A stretch of 64,000 nt of DNA, taken from contig JAUYRN010000012.1 in assembly GCA_030696775.1 (NCBI GenBank), forward strand, positions 65,426 to 129,425, in the 5' to 3' direction. Positions 10,360 through 20,739 of the stretch are shown here, piece by piece. The notes beneath the pieces were generated by a model. That model was not told the DNA's origin and ran no database searches. It saw only the letters and a list, made by a program, of their open reading frames with translations. The position numbers were made by a program, and so were the translations under genes. Source of the DNA: Sulfuricurvum sp. GTDB lineage: Bacteria > Campylobacterota > Campylobacteria > Campylobacterales > Sulfurimonadaceae. Within the stretch, counting starts at the first letter, position 1, and the number at the start of each line of letters is the position of its first letter.

Positions 10360-11259
10360 TTACACTTTTTTTGAATTAAAATACTCCAGCGCGACTCCTT
10401 CGCGCAAGCCGTCGTCGATGACAATGGCATTCTTTAATCCAAGTGCATCAAACATCATCATGACAATGTATATCCCTGCAACAATTAAATGCTCTCTTCC
10501 CACGCCCACATAACGTGATCGCATTGTCTCATCCATTTCAAGTAACTCATCCAATACACGTATACAATCAGAGCGCTTTAAAAAAGTACCATTAATTCGA
10601 TTAGCGTCATACGTTTGATAATCCATTCCCAACAAATAAGCTGCCATGGTAGTTGGAGTACCCGCAGTTAAGACGAGAGTTTTCGGGGTTGAGTCTAAAG
10701 CCAATGATTGAATATAAAAAGCAATATTTTCACGAAATAACTCTAACTCGTAATCCATAATTTCACTGGTTTGTGATTTTTCACTGAGTGTAACAATTCC
10801 CAGAGAAAAGCTTTTTGATACTGATTTATTGTTTGAAACAATGACCACTTCCGTCGAGCCACCGCCAATATCAACCAGTACCAATTCATCACCGCTGATA
10901 TTTAATGAATTAAGACGATTTTGTACTGCCATCAAGGTCAAGCGCGCCTCTTCATCTCCATCAATAATACGAAATTTTATTCCTGTATTCTGATGAATTT
11001 GTTCCAATACTTCACTTGAATTATCGGCCATTCTCATTGCAGCAGTGGTAACAGCAACGACTTCATGATCTGTAAAATTTATCGTTTTTTTAGCCTCCTT
11101 CAAACCGTTTAAAATTCTCTCCAAGGCAAATATACCAATTTTATTGGTTTGATTGAGACCCTCAGCCGTACGAACAATTTTTTCAAAACTTTTTCCCCAA
11201 GACACCCCGTCATACTCAATTACGCGAAGGGTATTAGAACCTAAATCAATAGCAATCAC
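10360..11259 (-). CDS. ppx: Ppx/GppA exopolyphosphatase-family protein
   Basis: AIDLGSN, VDIGGGSTE and GLREG motifs. Start placed at the GTG overlapping the upstream TGA; the ORF track gives 11304. Confidence 0.9.
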   Translation of the reverse strand: MIAIDLGSNTLRVIEYDGVSWGKSFEKIVRTAEGLNQTNKIGIFALERILNGLKEAKKTINFTDHEVVAVTTAAMRMADNSSEVLEQIHQNTGIKFRIIDGDEEARLTLMAVQNRLNSLNISGDELVLVDIGGGSTEVVIVSNNKSVSKSFSLGIVTLSEKSQTSEIMDYELELFRENIAFYIQSLALDSTPKTLVLTAGTPTTMAAYLLGMDYQTYDANRINGTFLKRSDCIRVLDELLEMDETMRSRYVGVGREHLIVAGIYIVMMMFDALGLKNAIVIDDGLREGVALEYFNSKKV

Positions 11260-13388
11260 AACGCTTTTACTGTTATATCGTTGATTAACATAGCCGGTGT
11301 CCATGCTTCTAGGGAACCTTGTTTTAGTAGTGTAAGATCAAGATTCGTTTTATAATCACGTTTGTACAAATTAAAGAAAAAAGTAATGTAATCTTCTACA
11401 CCAAACATCGCTACATAATTACGGATACCATTTTCCAGCTCAACGGATGGAGCATGTGCCCGCAATTTATTCTCCAGTTGAACAGCGTAGGATTGAGAAA
11501 AAACACTTCCCATTGCCTGGTATTTTGCACTGATCGGTAAATAAAACTCAAATTGTTTGCGTAGACCTGAAATTTCACCTTTTAGGGCATAACGCAAGGC
11601 CTGATCAAGTACTTTATTCCAAAATCCTTCTAATTTTTTTGCTTCGGGAGTCTCATAGAGCAATGGATAAGAAACAAGATAGGCAAATGCATTAAGATAA
11701 TTTTCTGAAGCAATCGAATCATAAAATAGATGTTTTACTTTAATTGCCTCTAAAATTTCTTTCGCCTCTTTTGAAAAATCCGGGAAAAAGACCAATACTT
11801 CACAAGCATTTTTTGCAACAATGAGATCATTTTTTTTGTACGCTTGTATTGCCTGTATGTACAACTTGTCGGCATATTCCATAACAATGTTATATTCGGA
11901 AAATTCTTTTAAGAAAGGATGATTCTTTACTAAATTAAAGAATTTAAGAAAATTACGTGATGAAATAACCTTAACAAAATACTCATAGAGCTGTTTCTCA
12001 GCAAAAAGCTGTTGTATCAGAAGTGTTTTATCACTTATACCTCGGTATGAAGCCAATAACGTCCGAGCTTTCTCTTCACCGCCTGGCCCTAAAATAAGTT
12101 CCTGCGCTTTTGCAAACAATTTTTTCCATCGTGATTCCATTTTACGATACGGTTCTGAATCTTGAAAAGAAGTATATTGTCTTGCAATAGAATAAGCTAA
12201 AGGAAGGCGCCCTTCTTGTGCACATGCTTGAAACTGAGCATATTTCTCGTAATCATGAACAATTTGTATAACAAGATTGCTTTTTTGTGGAATACCGATG
12301 AAAAGCTCGAGAAGGAGTTTCGCTTTTGCCTTGTCCCCTTTTTCTAAGAAATAGCGCGCTTTGGCTACCACATCATTCCAAATTTTTTCTACTAATTCAT
12401 ACGGCTTGGAATAAAGAAGCATAGGATTATCGTCTACTAGCAGATAAAAATCTTTATACTGGCGCTGACGCAAAAGACTCATCATCATTTCATCATTACC
12501 GAATAAAGAATAAAATCGAACATTTCCCTCTGTTGTCCCAATAGCCAGACTAAAATTATGTTCTATAATTGCAAGAGAACTGATTTCTTCATTTTCCTTT
12601 ATATATCTCTGCTTGAGTAATTCCATAGATTGCAAATCATACAAACCAACATACCCAAGTTTTGTCCCGACGAAAACAAATCGTTTGTCATGGCTGATAG
12701 TCATTGCTGTAATTTCATCGTTCATTTTTGCTAATCGCTTCAGCATCCTTCCAGAACGAATATCCCAAACGATCAACCCTCCATCTTTCTCAGCAGATAG
12801 CAGACGTATATCCGGTAAAAAAATCATACTTATAATAACACTGCCATGACCTATGAGCTTTAAAGGATTTTTCATTGTTCCAAGATTGACAAGGTTAATG
12901 GTTCTATCAAAACTACCAGTAGCGGCCCACTGTCCGCTATCACTAAAAGCAATTGATGTCACAAAATCAGTATGAGGAGGAAAAGAAAATGCTAGTCGTG
13001 CCGTTTTGATCACCCATACAAATACTTTTCCATCTTGTCCACACGTTATGCAGTATCGACTATTGGGATCTATACCAACTGTCTCGATTTCACCTTGATG
13101 TCGTCCAACTTTATATAAAAGTTCTTTTTTATTAACACTAAACAATGCTGCTTTATTGCTTTTCGGAATGACAGATATGGAATAATCTCCCAAAAGAGAG
13201 ATATCTACAATAGCTCCACTAGTTCGTTCATGATGAATATTACTTTTAAATCCCGCAATAACTTTGTAATCCTCAATGGAGACAATACGCACAGTCGTGT
13301 TAGAATCAATAATTGCGAGTGAGCCATTAGAAAGTGTTTTGATTTGAAGTATTGGCACTTTAATATTAAGTAATTTTACTACTTCCAT
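11256..13388 (-). CDS. WD40-repeat protein with helical C-terminal region (710 aa)
   Basis: GH...WD-like repeats (RHQGEI..VWV, PHTDFV..GSFDRTI, GHGSVI..VWD) in the first ~290 aa, then a helix-rich tail. Confidence 0.85.
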   Translation of the reverse strand: MEVVKLLNIKVPILQIKTLSNGSLAIIDSNTTVRIVSIEDYKVIAGFKSNIHHERTSGAIVDISLLGDYSISVIPKSNKAALFSVNKKELLYKVGRHQGEIETVGIDPNSRYCITCGQDGKVFVWVIKTARLAFSFPPHTDFVTSIAFSDSGQWAATGSFDRTINLVNLGTMKNPLKLIGHGSVIISMIFLPDIRLLSAEKDGGLIVWDIRSGRMLKRLAKMNDEITAMTISHDKRFVFVGTKLGYVGLYDLQSMELLKQRYIKENEEISSLAIIEHNFSLAIGTTEGNVRFYSLFGNDEMMMSLLRQRQYKDFYLLVDDNPMLLYSKPYELVEKIWNDVVAKARYFLEKGDKAKAKLLLELFIGIPQKSNLVIQIVHDYEKYAQFQACAQEGRLPLAYSIARQYTSFQDSEPYRKMESRWKKLFAKAQELILGPGGEEKARTLLASYRGISDKTLLIQQLFAEKQLYEYFVKVISSRNFLKFFNLVKNHPFLKEFSEYNIVMEYADKLYIQAIQAYKKNDLIVAKNACEVLVFFPDFSKEAKEILEAIKVKHLFYDSIASENYLNAFAYLVSYPLLYETPEAKKLEGFWNKVLDQALRYALKGEISGLRKQFEFYLPISAKYQAMGSVFSQSYAVQLENKLRAHAPSVELENGIRNYVAMFGVEDYITFFFNLYKRDYKTNLDLTLLKQGSLEAWTPAMLINDITVKAL

Positions 13389-13398
13389 ATCTTATCCT

Positions 13399-14610
13399 TT
13401 AGTTTTCTTCACTACTTAAATAATGATTTTCATGCAAAGATAAACGAATTTGAGCTTGATGCTCTTCCCCTTTGGTTTCTAAGTGGATGCGAACGTTAGC
13501 GTCACCATAAGCCAATGAAGTTGAGGTACGATCGTATTCAATATGGACAATATTAGCGTTGAGCTCTTGTAACATTCGTGTCAACTGCATCAATGCACCT
13601 GGTTTGTCGATCAGCGTTACGGTGAGTTTCATCTTTCGACCTGATTTAATAAGACCTTTTTCTATAATAATAGAAAGCAACGTGACGTCCATATTGCCGC
13701 CACTAAGGACAATTCCTACTTTTTTACCTTTGAGATGTGGTAATTTATCGTGAAGCAATGCAGCTACTCCTGCAGCTCCTGCTCCCTCAACAACCAATTT
13801 TTGGCGTTCAAGCAAGAACAAAATAGCATTTGCAATCTCTTCATCGTCTACACCAATAATCGTATCCACTGTCTCTAAAATATGCCCCAACGTTAGCGCA
13901 GATGTATCTCGTACTGCAATACCATCCGCAATCGTACGAACACTTAAACTGTCAATGGCTTTTTTGGCTTCAAACGATTCTCTCATCGCCGGAGCGCCCA
14001 TTGCGCTGACACCTATTACTTCGATTGAGGGAGCCATTTGCTTGATACACGATGCCATACCAGAGATCAGTCCCCCTCCACCAACAGGAATGACAATAGC
14101 ATCTAAATCAGGAATAGCGTTTAGCATTTCAAGAGCTATCGTTCCTTGACCTGCCATAACCGATTCATCCGCAAATGGATGGACAAAAATCATTTCATTT
14201 TTTTGGCTATATTCGTATGCATACGCATACGCCTCATCGTAATTTGAGCCTGACAATATAACTTCGGCTCCATAATAGCGAACACCGTTGATTTTTGTAA
14301 GCGGAGTGGATTCCGGCATCACAATAAGTGCATTGATGGCAAAAATTTGGGCTGCCATAGCCACACCTTGTGCATGGTTTCCTGCACTTGCCGTGATTAC
14401 ACCAAGAGAACGCTCATGATCGCTGAGTGAAGCTATTTTATTATAGGCACCCCGTATTTTAAACGCTCCGGTTACTTGCAAATTTTCTTTTTTGAGGTAA
14501 ATCTCGCATCCGCTTTGTTCACTTAGGCGTGGTGCATAGGAAAAAGGGGTTTCATCTACAATCCCGCTTATTCGCTCGTGTGCTGCTACTATCGTTTCTA
14601 AATCGATCAA
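13399..14610 (-). CDS. ilvA: Threonine ammonia-lyase with C-terminal ACT domain
   Basis: ENLQVTGAFKIRG (PLP Lys), SAGNHAQG, PVGGGGL and SGGN. Confidence 0.95.
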   Translation of the reverse strand: MIDLETIVAAHERISGIVDETPFSYAPRLSEQSGCEIYLKKENLQVTGAFKIRGAYNKIASLSDHERSLGVITASAGNHAQGVAMAAQIFAINALIVMPESTPLTKINGVRYYGAEVILSGSNYDEAYAYAYEYSQKNEMIFVHPFADESVMAGQGTIALEMLNAIPDLDAIVIPVGGGGLISGMASCIKQMAPSIEVIGVSAMGAPAMRESFEAKKAIDSLSVRTIADGIAVRDTSALTLGHILETVDTIIGVDDEEIANAILFLLERQKLVVEGAGAAGVAALLHDKLPHLKGKKVGIVLSGGNMDVTLLSIIIEKGLIKSGRKMKLTVTLIDKPGALMQLTRMLQELNANIVHIEYDRTSTSLAYGDANVRIHLETKGEEHQAQIRLSLHENHYLSSEEN

Positions 14611-14619
14611 TGTTTCCCT

Positions 14620-15051
14620 TTAAGCATTAATAAGTCGATGTTCGACCATACTGCAATGATTCTGAACTACTTGCATGCCCGCATCTAGTGCTTTAGCTGC
14701 GGCTTCATTGTTGACAATACCTTTTTGTGCCCAAAAAACTTTTACATCACCTCGTACGATACATGCGTCAGCAACAGCATTAAGAGCGTCAGGCTTTCGA
14801 AAGATATTGACCATATCAACCGCAAATGGGATCTCTTCAAGAGAACGATAGACTTTTTCCCCTAAAATCATCTCTTCTTTTGGGTAGACGGGGATAATGG
14901 TATACCCTGCATTTTTCAGATATTCCGCCACACGATAACTATCTTTGGTTGAATCTGGCGATAAACCCAGTACTGCAATAGTTTTTATCTGCTTAAAAAT
15001 AGCTTTTATTTCTTCATTATTAGCATTAACGGTCGGAAATTCACATTCCAT
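14620..15051 (-). CDS. CoA-binding protein (YccU-like)
   Basis: IAVLGLSP...SYRVAEYL, DMVNIFR and WAQKGI. Confidence 0.9.
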   Translation of the reverse strand: MECEFPTVNANNEEIKAIFKQIKTIAVLGLSPDSTKDSYRVAEYLKNAGYTIIPVYPKEEMILGEKVYRSLEEIPFAVDMVNIFRKPDALNAVADACIVRGDVKVFWAQKGIVNNEAAAKALDAGMQVVQNHCSMVEHRLINA

Positions 15052-15117
15052 AAAATTCTCCTCAAAAATTCTAAATAAACTTTATTATACCCTAACAACG
15101 TCCAGTGTGCAGGAAAA

Positions 15118-16386
15118 TTATAACGTTTTAGCCTCTTCACCCATATAACGCTGTCGTGGTCGAGCAATTTTCATTTCTGGATCATCTTTCAATTCAATCC
15201 ATTGAGCGATCCATCCAACGCAACGACCGATAACAAAAATAATGGTAAACATGGATTGAGGAATTTTTAACGCTGTCAAAATAAGCCCTGAATAAAAATC
15301 GATGTTCGGATACAGTTTTCGTTCTATAAAATAGGAATCATTAAGGGCAATTTCTTCTATTTTTTGGGCGATTTTAAGAAGATTGCTGTCAATTCCCAAA
15401 TCATCTTTGAGTTCATCAAGCAATTTTTTGAGGATTTTTGAGCGCGGATCAAAGTTTTTATAGACACGATGCCCAAAGCCCATAAGCTTAAAATCATCAT
15501 GTGGGTCTTTAGCTCGGGCAATAAATGCATCGACGTTTTCTACGCTTCCAATCATTTCCAGTTGTGCGATAACGGATTCATTCGCTCCGCCGTGTGCTCT
15601 TCCCCAAAGTGCATTTATCCCCGCTGAAAGTGCCGCATACGGGTGTGCTCCCGTCGAAGCCACCGCACGTACTGTTGAAGTAGAGGCATTTTGTTCATGG
15701 TCAGCATGGAGGGTAAAAATCGTATCCAAAGCCCGTATTTCCACATCACGAATTTCAAGATTTTCTCCCGGATACGCACGCATCATGTAGAGAAAATTTT
15801 CGGTAAAAGGGCGTTCAATATCGGGATAAATATAAGGGATACCAAACATTCGTCTATGTGTGAATGCTGCCAATGTAGGAATTTTAGCGATGATCCGTCG
15901 AGCCATCACCTGCGCTTCCTCATCACTAGAGACATTTAGATGTTCAAAATAAAAAGTGGATAGCGCTGAGACTGCCGATGACATCATCGCCATGGGATGC
16001 GCTTTATCGGGAAATGCATCAAAAAGCCGTTTCAATCCTTCGTGCACAAAAGAACGTTTACGAAGTTCGATGTCAAATTCAGCACGCTCTTTCTCATTTG
16101 GAAGTTTGCTGGTCAGGAGAAGATACGCTACATCCAAATAGCTTTTTTTCGTAGCTAAATCACAAATATCATATCCGCGATAACGCAATTCTCCTTTGTC
16201 TCCATCAATGTAGGTAATGGCGGAACTGCAGCTTGCGGTAGAAGTAAACCCAGGGTCGTACGTAAACATCCCTGTCTCTTTATACAAGGATCTTACATCG
16301 ATAACATCAGGTCCCATAGTAGGATTTAAAATGGGAAATTCATAACTTTTGCCGGTTCGATTATCGATAAGAGTAATACTGCTCAT
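15118..16386 (-). CDS. gltA: Citrate synthase (type II)
   Basis: YDPGF, LHADHEQNAST, AHGGANE, MGFGHRVYK and NIDFYSG. Confidence 0.97.
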   Translation of the reverse strand: MSSITLIDNRTGKSYEFPILNPTMGPDVIDVRSLYKETGMFTYDPGFTSTASCSSAITYIDGDKGELRYRGYDICDLATKKSYLDVAYLLLTSKLPNEKERAEFDIELRKRSFVHEGLKRLFDAFPDKAHPMAMMSSAVSALSTFYFEHLNVSSDEEAQVMARRIIAKIPTLAAFTHRRMFGIPYIYPDIERPFTENFLYMMRAYPGENLEIRDVEIRALDTIFTLHADHEQNASTSTVRAVASTGAHPYAALSAGINALWGRAHGGANESVIAQLEMIGSVENVDAFIARAKDPHDDFKLMGFGHRVYKNFDPRSKILKKLLDELKDDLGIDSNLLKIAQKIEEIALNDSYFIERKLYPNIDFYSGLILTALKIPQSMFTIIFVIGRCVGWIAQWIELKDDPEMKIARPRQRYMGEEAKTL

Positions 16387-16459
16387 GTCTTATCCCTAGT
16401 ATAATGAAAATAAATACCTATACTAATACCATCAAGCTTTGCTATCGATAAAAATAATT

Positions 16460-17302
16460 CTAAATTAACTGAATCCCCATCATTTCATCAACCGTAAGCT
16501 CAAAACTAAAAATCTCTAAATCTTCTTTCATGTGCTGTTGCGACGTTGACCCGATCAAAGGGACGATCCTCATTTGAGTCAGGTAACGATATACGATTTG
16601 TGCCGGAGTTTTATCATATTTTTGTGCCAAATCAACGACAGCTTTACTTCCAAGTATGTGAGGATTTGCAGTCAAGCTCCAAAAACTTTGATAAATAATC
16701 CCCTGTTCATCGCACCATTGGCGTAATTCGACATCGTATCCACTCTCGGAATAAAATCGATTTTGCACGACAGATGGCTTCACATCCGCATCAAAATAGA
16801 GTCGTTGCAAGAGTTCCAAATCATAACAGTTGCTAATTCCAAGCTGACGTGCACCGCCACTATGATAAATTGCTTCCATAGCCTTCCATACTTTCAGAAG
16901 ATTGGCATACGGGAAAAGAGGTGAATGCAATACCAGAGAATCGACATAGTCAGTGCCAAGATTACGTTTTGATGCTTCGAAAGAATTTGTTACTTGTATC
17001 TCTAACGGATCCTTGGGATCATAGGGGATACGCTGAGGATCTTGACCTGCGAGAGGGGTAAATTTGGTTTGAATAAACAAATCTTCTCGCATAATACCGT
17101 GATTGCTCAAACGTGCAATCGCCTCACCGACGAGTGATTCTTCATAATGTTTGGGCTGGCATGCTGTATCAATGCCTCGAAATCCATTTAAAACTGCCTG
17201 AACAACCAAATCAGAGGTATGCTCTTTTTTCCATGCTGTACCGTATATAAGGGCTGGCATCTTGACATTTGCATTCGTCATAACGTGAGGGTGGACGTGC
17301 AT
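16460..17302 (-). CDS. Aldo/keto reductase
   Basis: GFRGIDTA, FIQTK, DSLVLHSP and LGISN. Confidence 0.9.
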   Translation of the reverse strand: MHVHPHVMTNANVKMPALIYGTAWKKEHTSDLVVQAVLNGFRGIDTACQPKHYEESLVGEAIARLSNHGIMREDLFIQTKFTPLAGQDPQRIPYDPKDPLEIQVTNSFEASKRNLGTDYVDSLVLHSPLFPYANLLKVWKAMEAIYHSGGARQLGISNCYDLELLQRLYFDADVKPSVVQNRFYSESGYDVELRQWCDEQGIIYQSFWSLTANPHILGSKAVVDLAQKYDKTPAQIVYRYLTQMRIVPLIGSTSQQHMKEDLEIFSFELTVDEMMGIQLI

Positions 17303-17452
17303 AAGTATCTCCTACAAGTTGGAACTTAACCGCAGTATAGTCAATGCAATCTCAGAATTAACTTTGCAACTTTTGTTCTTTATACTCTTCAGAGGAAATT
17401 TAAAAATATCCTATCATGCTATAATGGTGCACTATCATAGCTGGAGGATTGG

Positions 17453-17557
17453 ATGAATACTTATTGGATGTGGTTCAGTATTTTGGCAGTTATATTTCTT
17501 CTGTACAAAGTTGTTTCTCGTAAAACTCCAGACGATGAAAATGAAGATTGCGAATAA
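17453..17557 (+). CDS. Small single-pass membrane protein (34 aa)
   Basis: MNTYWMWFSILAVIFLLYKVVSRKTPDDENEDCE*, with a GGAGGA RBS and an extended -10 TGCTATAAT upstream. Below the ORF-track cutoff. Confidence 0.6.
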   Translation: MNTYWMWFSILAVIFLLYKVVSRKTPDDENEDCE

Positions 17558-17586
17558 AATAAACTTTTAATATAAGGAAACACTCA

Positions 17587-18816
17587 ATGTCATTTTCCAC
17601 ACTCGGTCTCGGAGCTCAAATACAAAATGCGCTCGACGAAAGCAATTATTATGAACCAACAGCTATTCAAAATGAAGTCATACCACTCGTACTGGCTGGG
17701 GATGACATCTTAGCACGTGCGCAGACAGGAAGCGGGAAAAGTGCAAGCTTCGTTTTGCCAATTTTGGAACTTTGGTCAAAAAATATTGGTGAAGGGAAAG
17801 CGAAAATAAAGGCGCTGGTATTGACTCCCACACGTGAGCTGACACTTCAGGTTGCCCAGACTTTCGAAACGTTTGGAACCTACTTGCCAAGAAAGCCAAA
17901 AGTTGTGAGTGTCATCGGCGGAGAAAGCCTTAGCGATCAACTTTTTGCTATTCAAAAAGGGTGTGACATCGTTGTAGCAACCTCAGGTAGATTACTCGAA
18001 GTACTGAAAAAAAAGCAGATGAATCTCTCCCATCTAGAATTTTTTGTTTTGGATGAAGCAGACAAAATGTTGGATCTTGGTTTCGCTGAAGAACTTGAAC
18101 TTATCTTAAAAGAGATTCCGGCTAAACGTCAAAATCTCTTGTTCTCTGCAACTTATCCTCCTAAAATGCAAACCATTGCTTCTCGAATTACCCAAAATCC
18201 GGTAGAAGTGACTCTCGACTATGAAGAGCCTACTGTAGAAAGTATCGTCCAACGGGTTATTGAAGTTAACCATGAAAATCGCGGTCCTCTCCTTCGCAAT
18301 CTTTTAGAAACTGAAAAATGGGAGCAGGTGCTGGTCTTTATGGCGAACAAAAGAGCCACGGACAACATCGCTGCAAAGTTTAAAAAGTATGGCTTTTTAG
18401 CGGAATCATTTCATGGTGATTTGCTCCAAGACGAACGAAATTTTACTTTATCCCAGTTCAAGAGTAAAAAAATTCGTATCCTCTTTGCTACTGATATTGC
18501 TGCACGCGGATTGGACATTGACGACATTAGCTGTGTCATCAATTTTGACCTTCCCCGATCACCTGCTGATTATATCCACCGCATAGGACGTACTGGAAGA
18601 GCCGGAAAATCAGGTATTGCTGTCTCGTTCATTTCCCACGAGGACAAAGATCATTTTTCCCTCATCGAAAAACGATCAGGAATCAAGCTGGAACGAGAGC
18701 AAATAGCGGGTTATGAGCTTACAGGAACAGCTCCAATGAGAGAAAAAGGGCCGGAACCTGTCAAAGGTAAGGGAAAAAGTAAAAAAGATAAGCTTAGAGA
18801 GCAAGCACAGAGATAA
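17587..18816 (+). CDS. DEAD-box RNA helicase (RhlE-like)
   Basis: AQTGSGKS, PTREL, DEAD, SAT, ARGLD and HRIGRTGR. Confidence 0.95.
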   Translation: MSFSTLGLGAQIQNALDESNYYEPTAIQNEVIPLVLAGDDILARAQTGSGKSASFVLPILELWSKNIGEGKAKIKALVLTPTRELTLQVAQTFETFGTYLPRKPKVVSVIGGESLSDQLFAIQKGCDIVVATSGRLLEVLKKKQMNLSHLEFFVLDEADKMLDLGFAEELELILKEIPAKRQNLLFSATYPPKMQTIASRITQNPVEVTLDYEEPTVESIVQRVIEVNHENRGPLLRNLLETEKWEQVLVFMANKRATDNIAAKFKKYGFLAESFHGDLLQDERNFTLSQFKSKKIRILFATDIAARGLDIDDISCVINFDLPRSPADYIHRIGRTGRAGKSGIAVSFISHEDKDHFSLIEKRSGIKLEREQIAGYELTGTAPMREKGPEPVKGKGKSKKDKLREQAQR

Positions 18817-18823
18817 GGGAGTT

Positions 18824-19036
18824 TTAATAACTCCCCTCACCTACCGTGATAACATAGTTGTCATCCACTTCTACAACGCCAAATGAATGTTGGCCACAAA
18901 AGCTTTCATTCATCTCTTGTGCCCATGCTCGTGCGATACGCATAGCATTTTCTTTATCGTCTAATGTTTTAATCTGAGGCATTTGTTTACGTTTTGCGCA
19001 CGCGCATAGTTTTTCAACAACAACATGATGATCCAT
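18824..19036 (-). CDS. Small Cys/His protein, paralogue A
   Basis: 70 aa with CxC and FCGxH; aligns with the adjacent ORF. Confidence 0.75.
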   Translation of the reverse strand: MDHHVVVEKLCACAKRKQMPQIKTLDDKENAMRIARAWAQEMNESFCGQHSFGVVEVDDNYVITVGEGSY

Positions 19037-19045
19037 ATTGTCCCC

Positions 19046-19273
19046 CTATTTACAGCCACAGCCGCCGCCGACCATGCCTATGACAAAATTGTCGTTCACT
19101 TCTACCAGCTGAAACTCATGTTTACCGCAAAAGCTTCCATTCATATAGGCAAGCTTCGTTTCGGCCGCTTCAAATGCAGCATCTTTTGCTTCATAGGTTT
19201 CGATTTGGGAAAGTCCGTCTTTTTTTGCACAACTGCAAAGTTTTTCGATTACAACATGATGTTCCATAGTCAT
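19046..19273 (-). CDS. Small Cys/His protein, paralogue B
   Basis: 75 aa with CxC, FCGxH and a GGGCGCK tail. Confidence 0.75.
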   Translation of the reverse strand: MTMEHHVVIEKLCSCAKKDGLSQIETYEAKDAAFEAAETKLAYMNGSFCGKHEFQLVEVNDNFVIGMVGGGCGCK

Positions 19274-19328
19274 TCTCCAACAGTAATTTGAAGAATTAAT
19301 GCATAATGCATTCTATAATCACCTACAT

Positions 19329-20546
19329 TTAAAACTTTGCATTCGGTATAGGATAGTGTTCGATCACGAAATCGATATCCTTATCTCCTCTGCCGCTTAG
19401 ATTGACCAAAATTGTTTTGTCTTTACCTAATGTTTTTGCAAGTTTCATAGCATAGGCTACTGCGTGTGCTGATTCCAGTGCTGGAATTATTCCCTCTAAT
19501 TGTGAGAGTTTATAAAACGCATCTACGGCTTCATCGTCATTACATAGACCTACTTTTGTTCGTCCGATCTCTTTTAAGTAAGCATGTTCAGGTCCTACAG
19601 ACGGATAATCAATCCCTGAGCCAATCGAATATACAGGTGCAGGATCGCCGTTGGCGTCTTTAAGCATGATAGAATTAAAGCCATGCATTATCCCCTCTTC
19701 TCCATAGGTTAAGGTAGCGGCATGATCTCCTAATGCTTCTCCTCGGCCCAATGGTTCTACCCCATAAAGATTGACAGATGCATCATCGATAAATCCAGCA
19801 AAAATACCCATTGCATTCGATCCTCCACCGACACAAGCGATGACATTATCGGGCAGGTTCCCTTCCATTTCATGAAATTGTTCTTTGGCTTCAAAACCGA
19901 TCACTGACTGAAAATCACGTACCATCATCGGAAACGGATGAGGACCGACGACGGAACCAATGCAGTAAATGGCACTAACCGGATCTTTAACATACGCTTC
20001 GAATGCAGAATCGACTGCTTCTTTGAGTGTTTTAAGTCCATGAGTTGCGGGAACGACACGTGCCCCTAAAATCTTCATCCGTACAACATTGGGATATTCT
20101 TTTGCAATGTCTACTTCTCCCATATGAATCTCACACTCCAGACCAAAATACGCTGCTGCCGTAGCTAATGCAACGCCATGCTGTCCTGCTCCTGTTTCTG
20201 CAATCACTTTTTTCTTACCCAAATGTTTCGCGAGAATAACTTCCGCCATGCAGTGGTTGAGTTTGTGTGCACCTGTATGGTTTAGGTCTTCACGTTTAAG
20301 ATAAATTTTGGCTCCACCGCAGTGTTCGGTGAGATTTTTAGCAAATGAAATAGGAGTAGGACGACCTTGATAGTGTTTTCGAACATATTTTAGCTCTTCA
20401 ATAAATGCCGGTGAGTTTTTTAACTCAGCATACGCTTGGGCAATATCGGCAAACGGCTGCTCTAAGACGGGAGGAATATATGCCCCTCCAAATTTACCGA
20501 AATACCCGTTTTCATCTGGATGTGTTTCTAAGTACGAAGTTCCCAT
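19329..20546 (-). CDS. trpB: Tryptophan synthase beta chain (stand-alone)
   Basis: HTGAHK (PLP Lys), [21 protein letters not shown] and NLSGRGDKD. No trpA adjacent. Confidence 0.92.
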   Translation of the reverse strand: MGTSYLETHPDENGYFGKFGGAYIPPVLEQPFADIAQAYAELKNSPAFIEELKYVRKHYQGRPTPISFAKNLTEHCGGAKIYLKREDLNHTGAHKLNHCMAEVILAKHLGKKKVIAETGAGQHGVALATAAAYFGLECEIHMGEVDIAKEYPNVVRMKILGARVVPATHGLKTLKEAVDSAFEAYVKDPVSAIYCIGSVVGPHPFPMMVRDFQSVIGFEAKEQFHEMEGNLPDNVIACVGGGSNAMGIFAGFIDDASVNLYGVEPLGRGEALGDHAATLTYGEEGIMHGFNSIMLKDANGDPAPVYSIGSGIDYPSVGPEHAYLKEIGRTKVGLCNDDEAVDAFYKLSQLEGIIPALESAHAVAYAMKLAKTLGKDKTILVNLSGRGDKDIDFVIEHYPIPNAKF

Positions 20547-20739
20547 ATGTTATTTCCTTTTATTATTTTTAAAATTAACTCATTATAGATAAAAAGTATC
20601 AAACTTAACTTATTTAGCAATACATTTATTGCAATTATTTTTATTTTATATGATTTTATTATCTTAAGGTCTCTGTATCGCAACACTATTTTCTTATTAA
20701 AGTGTATAATATAATCATTAAGAGTAGACAAGGGAATAC

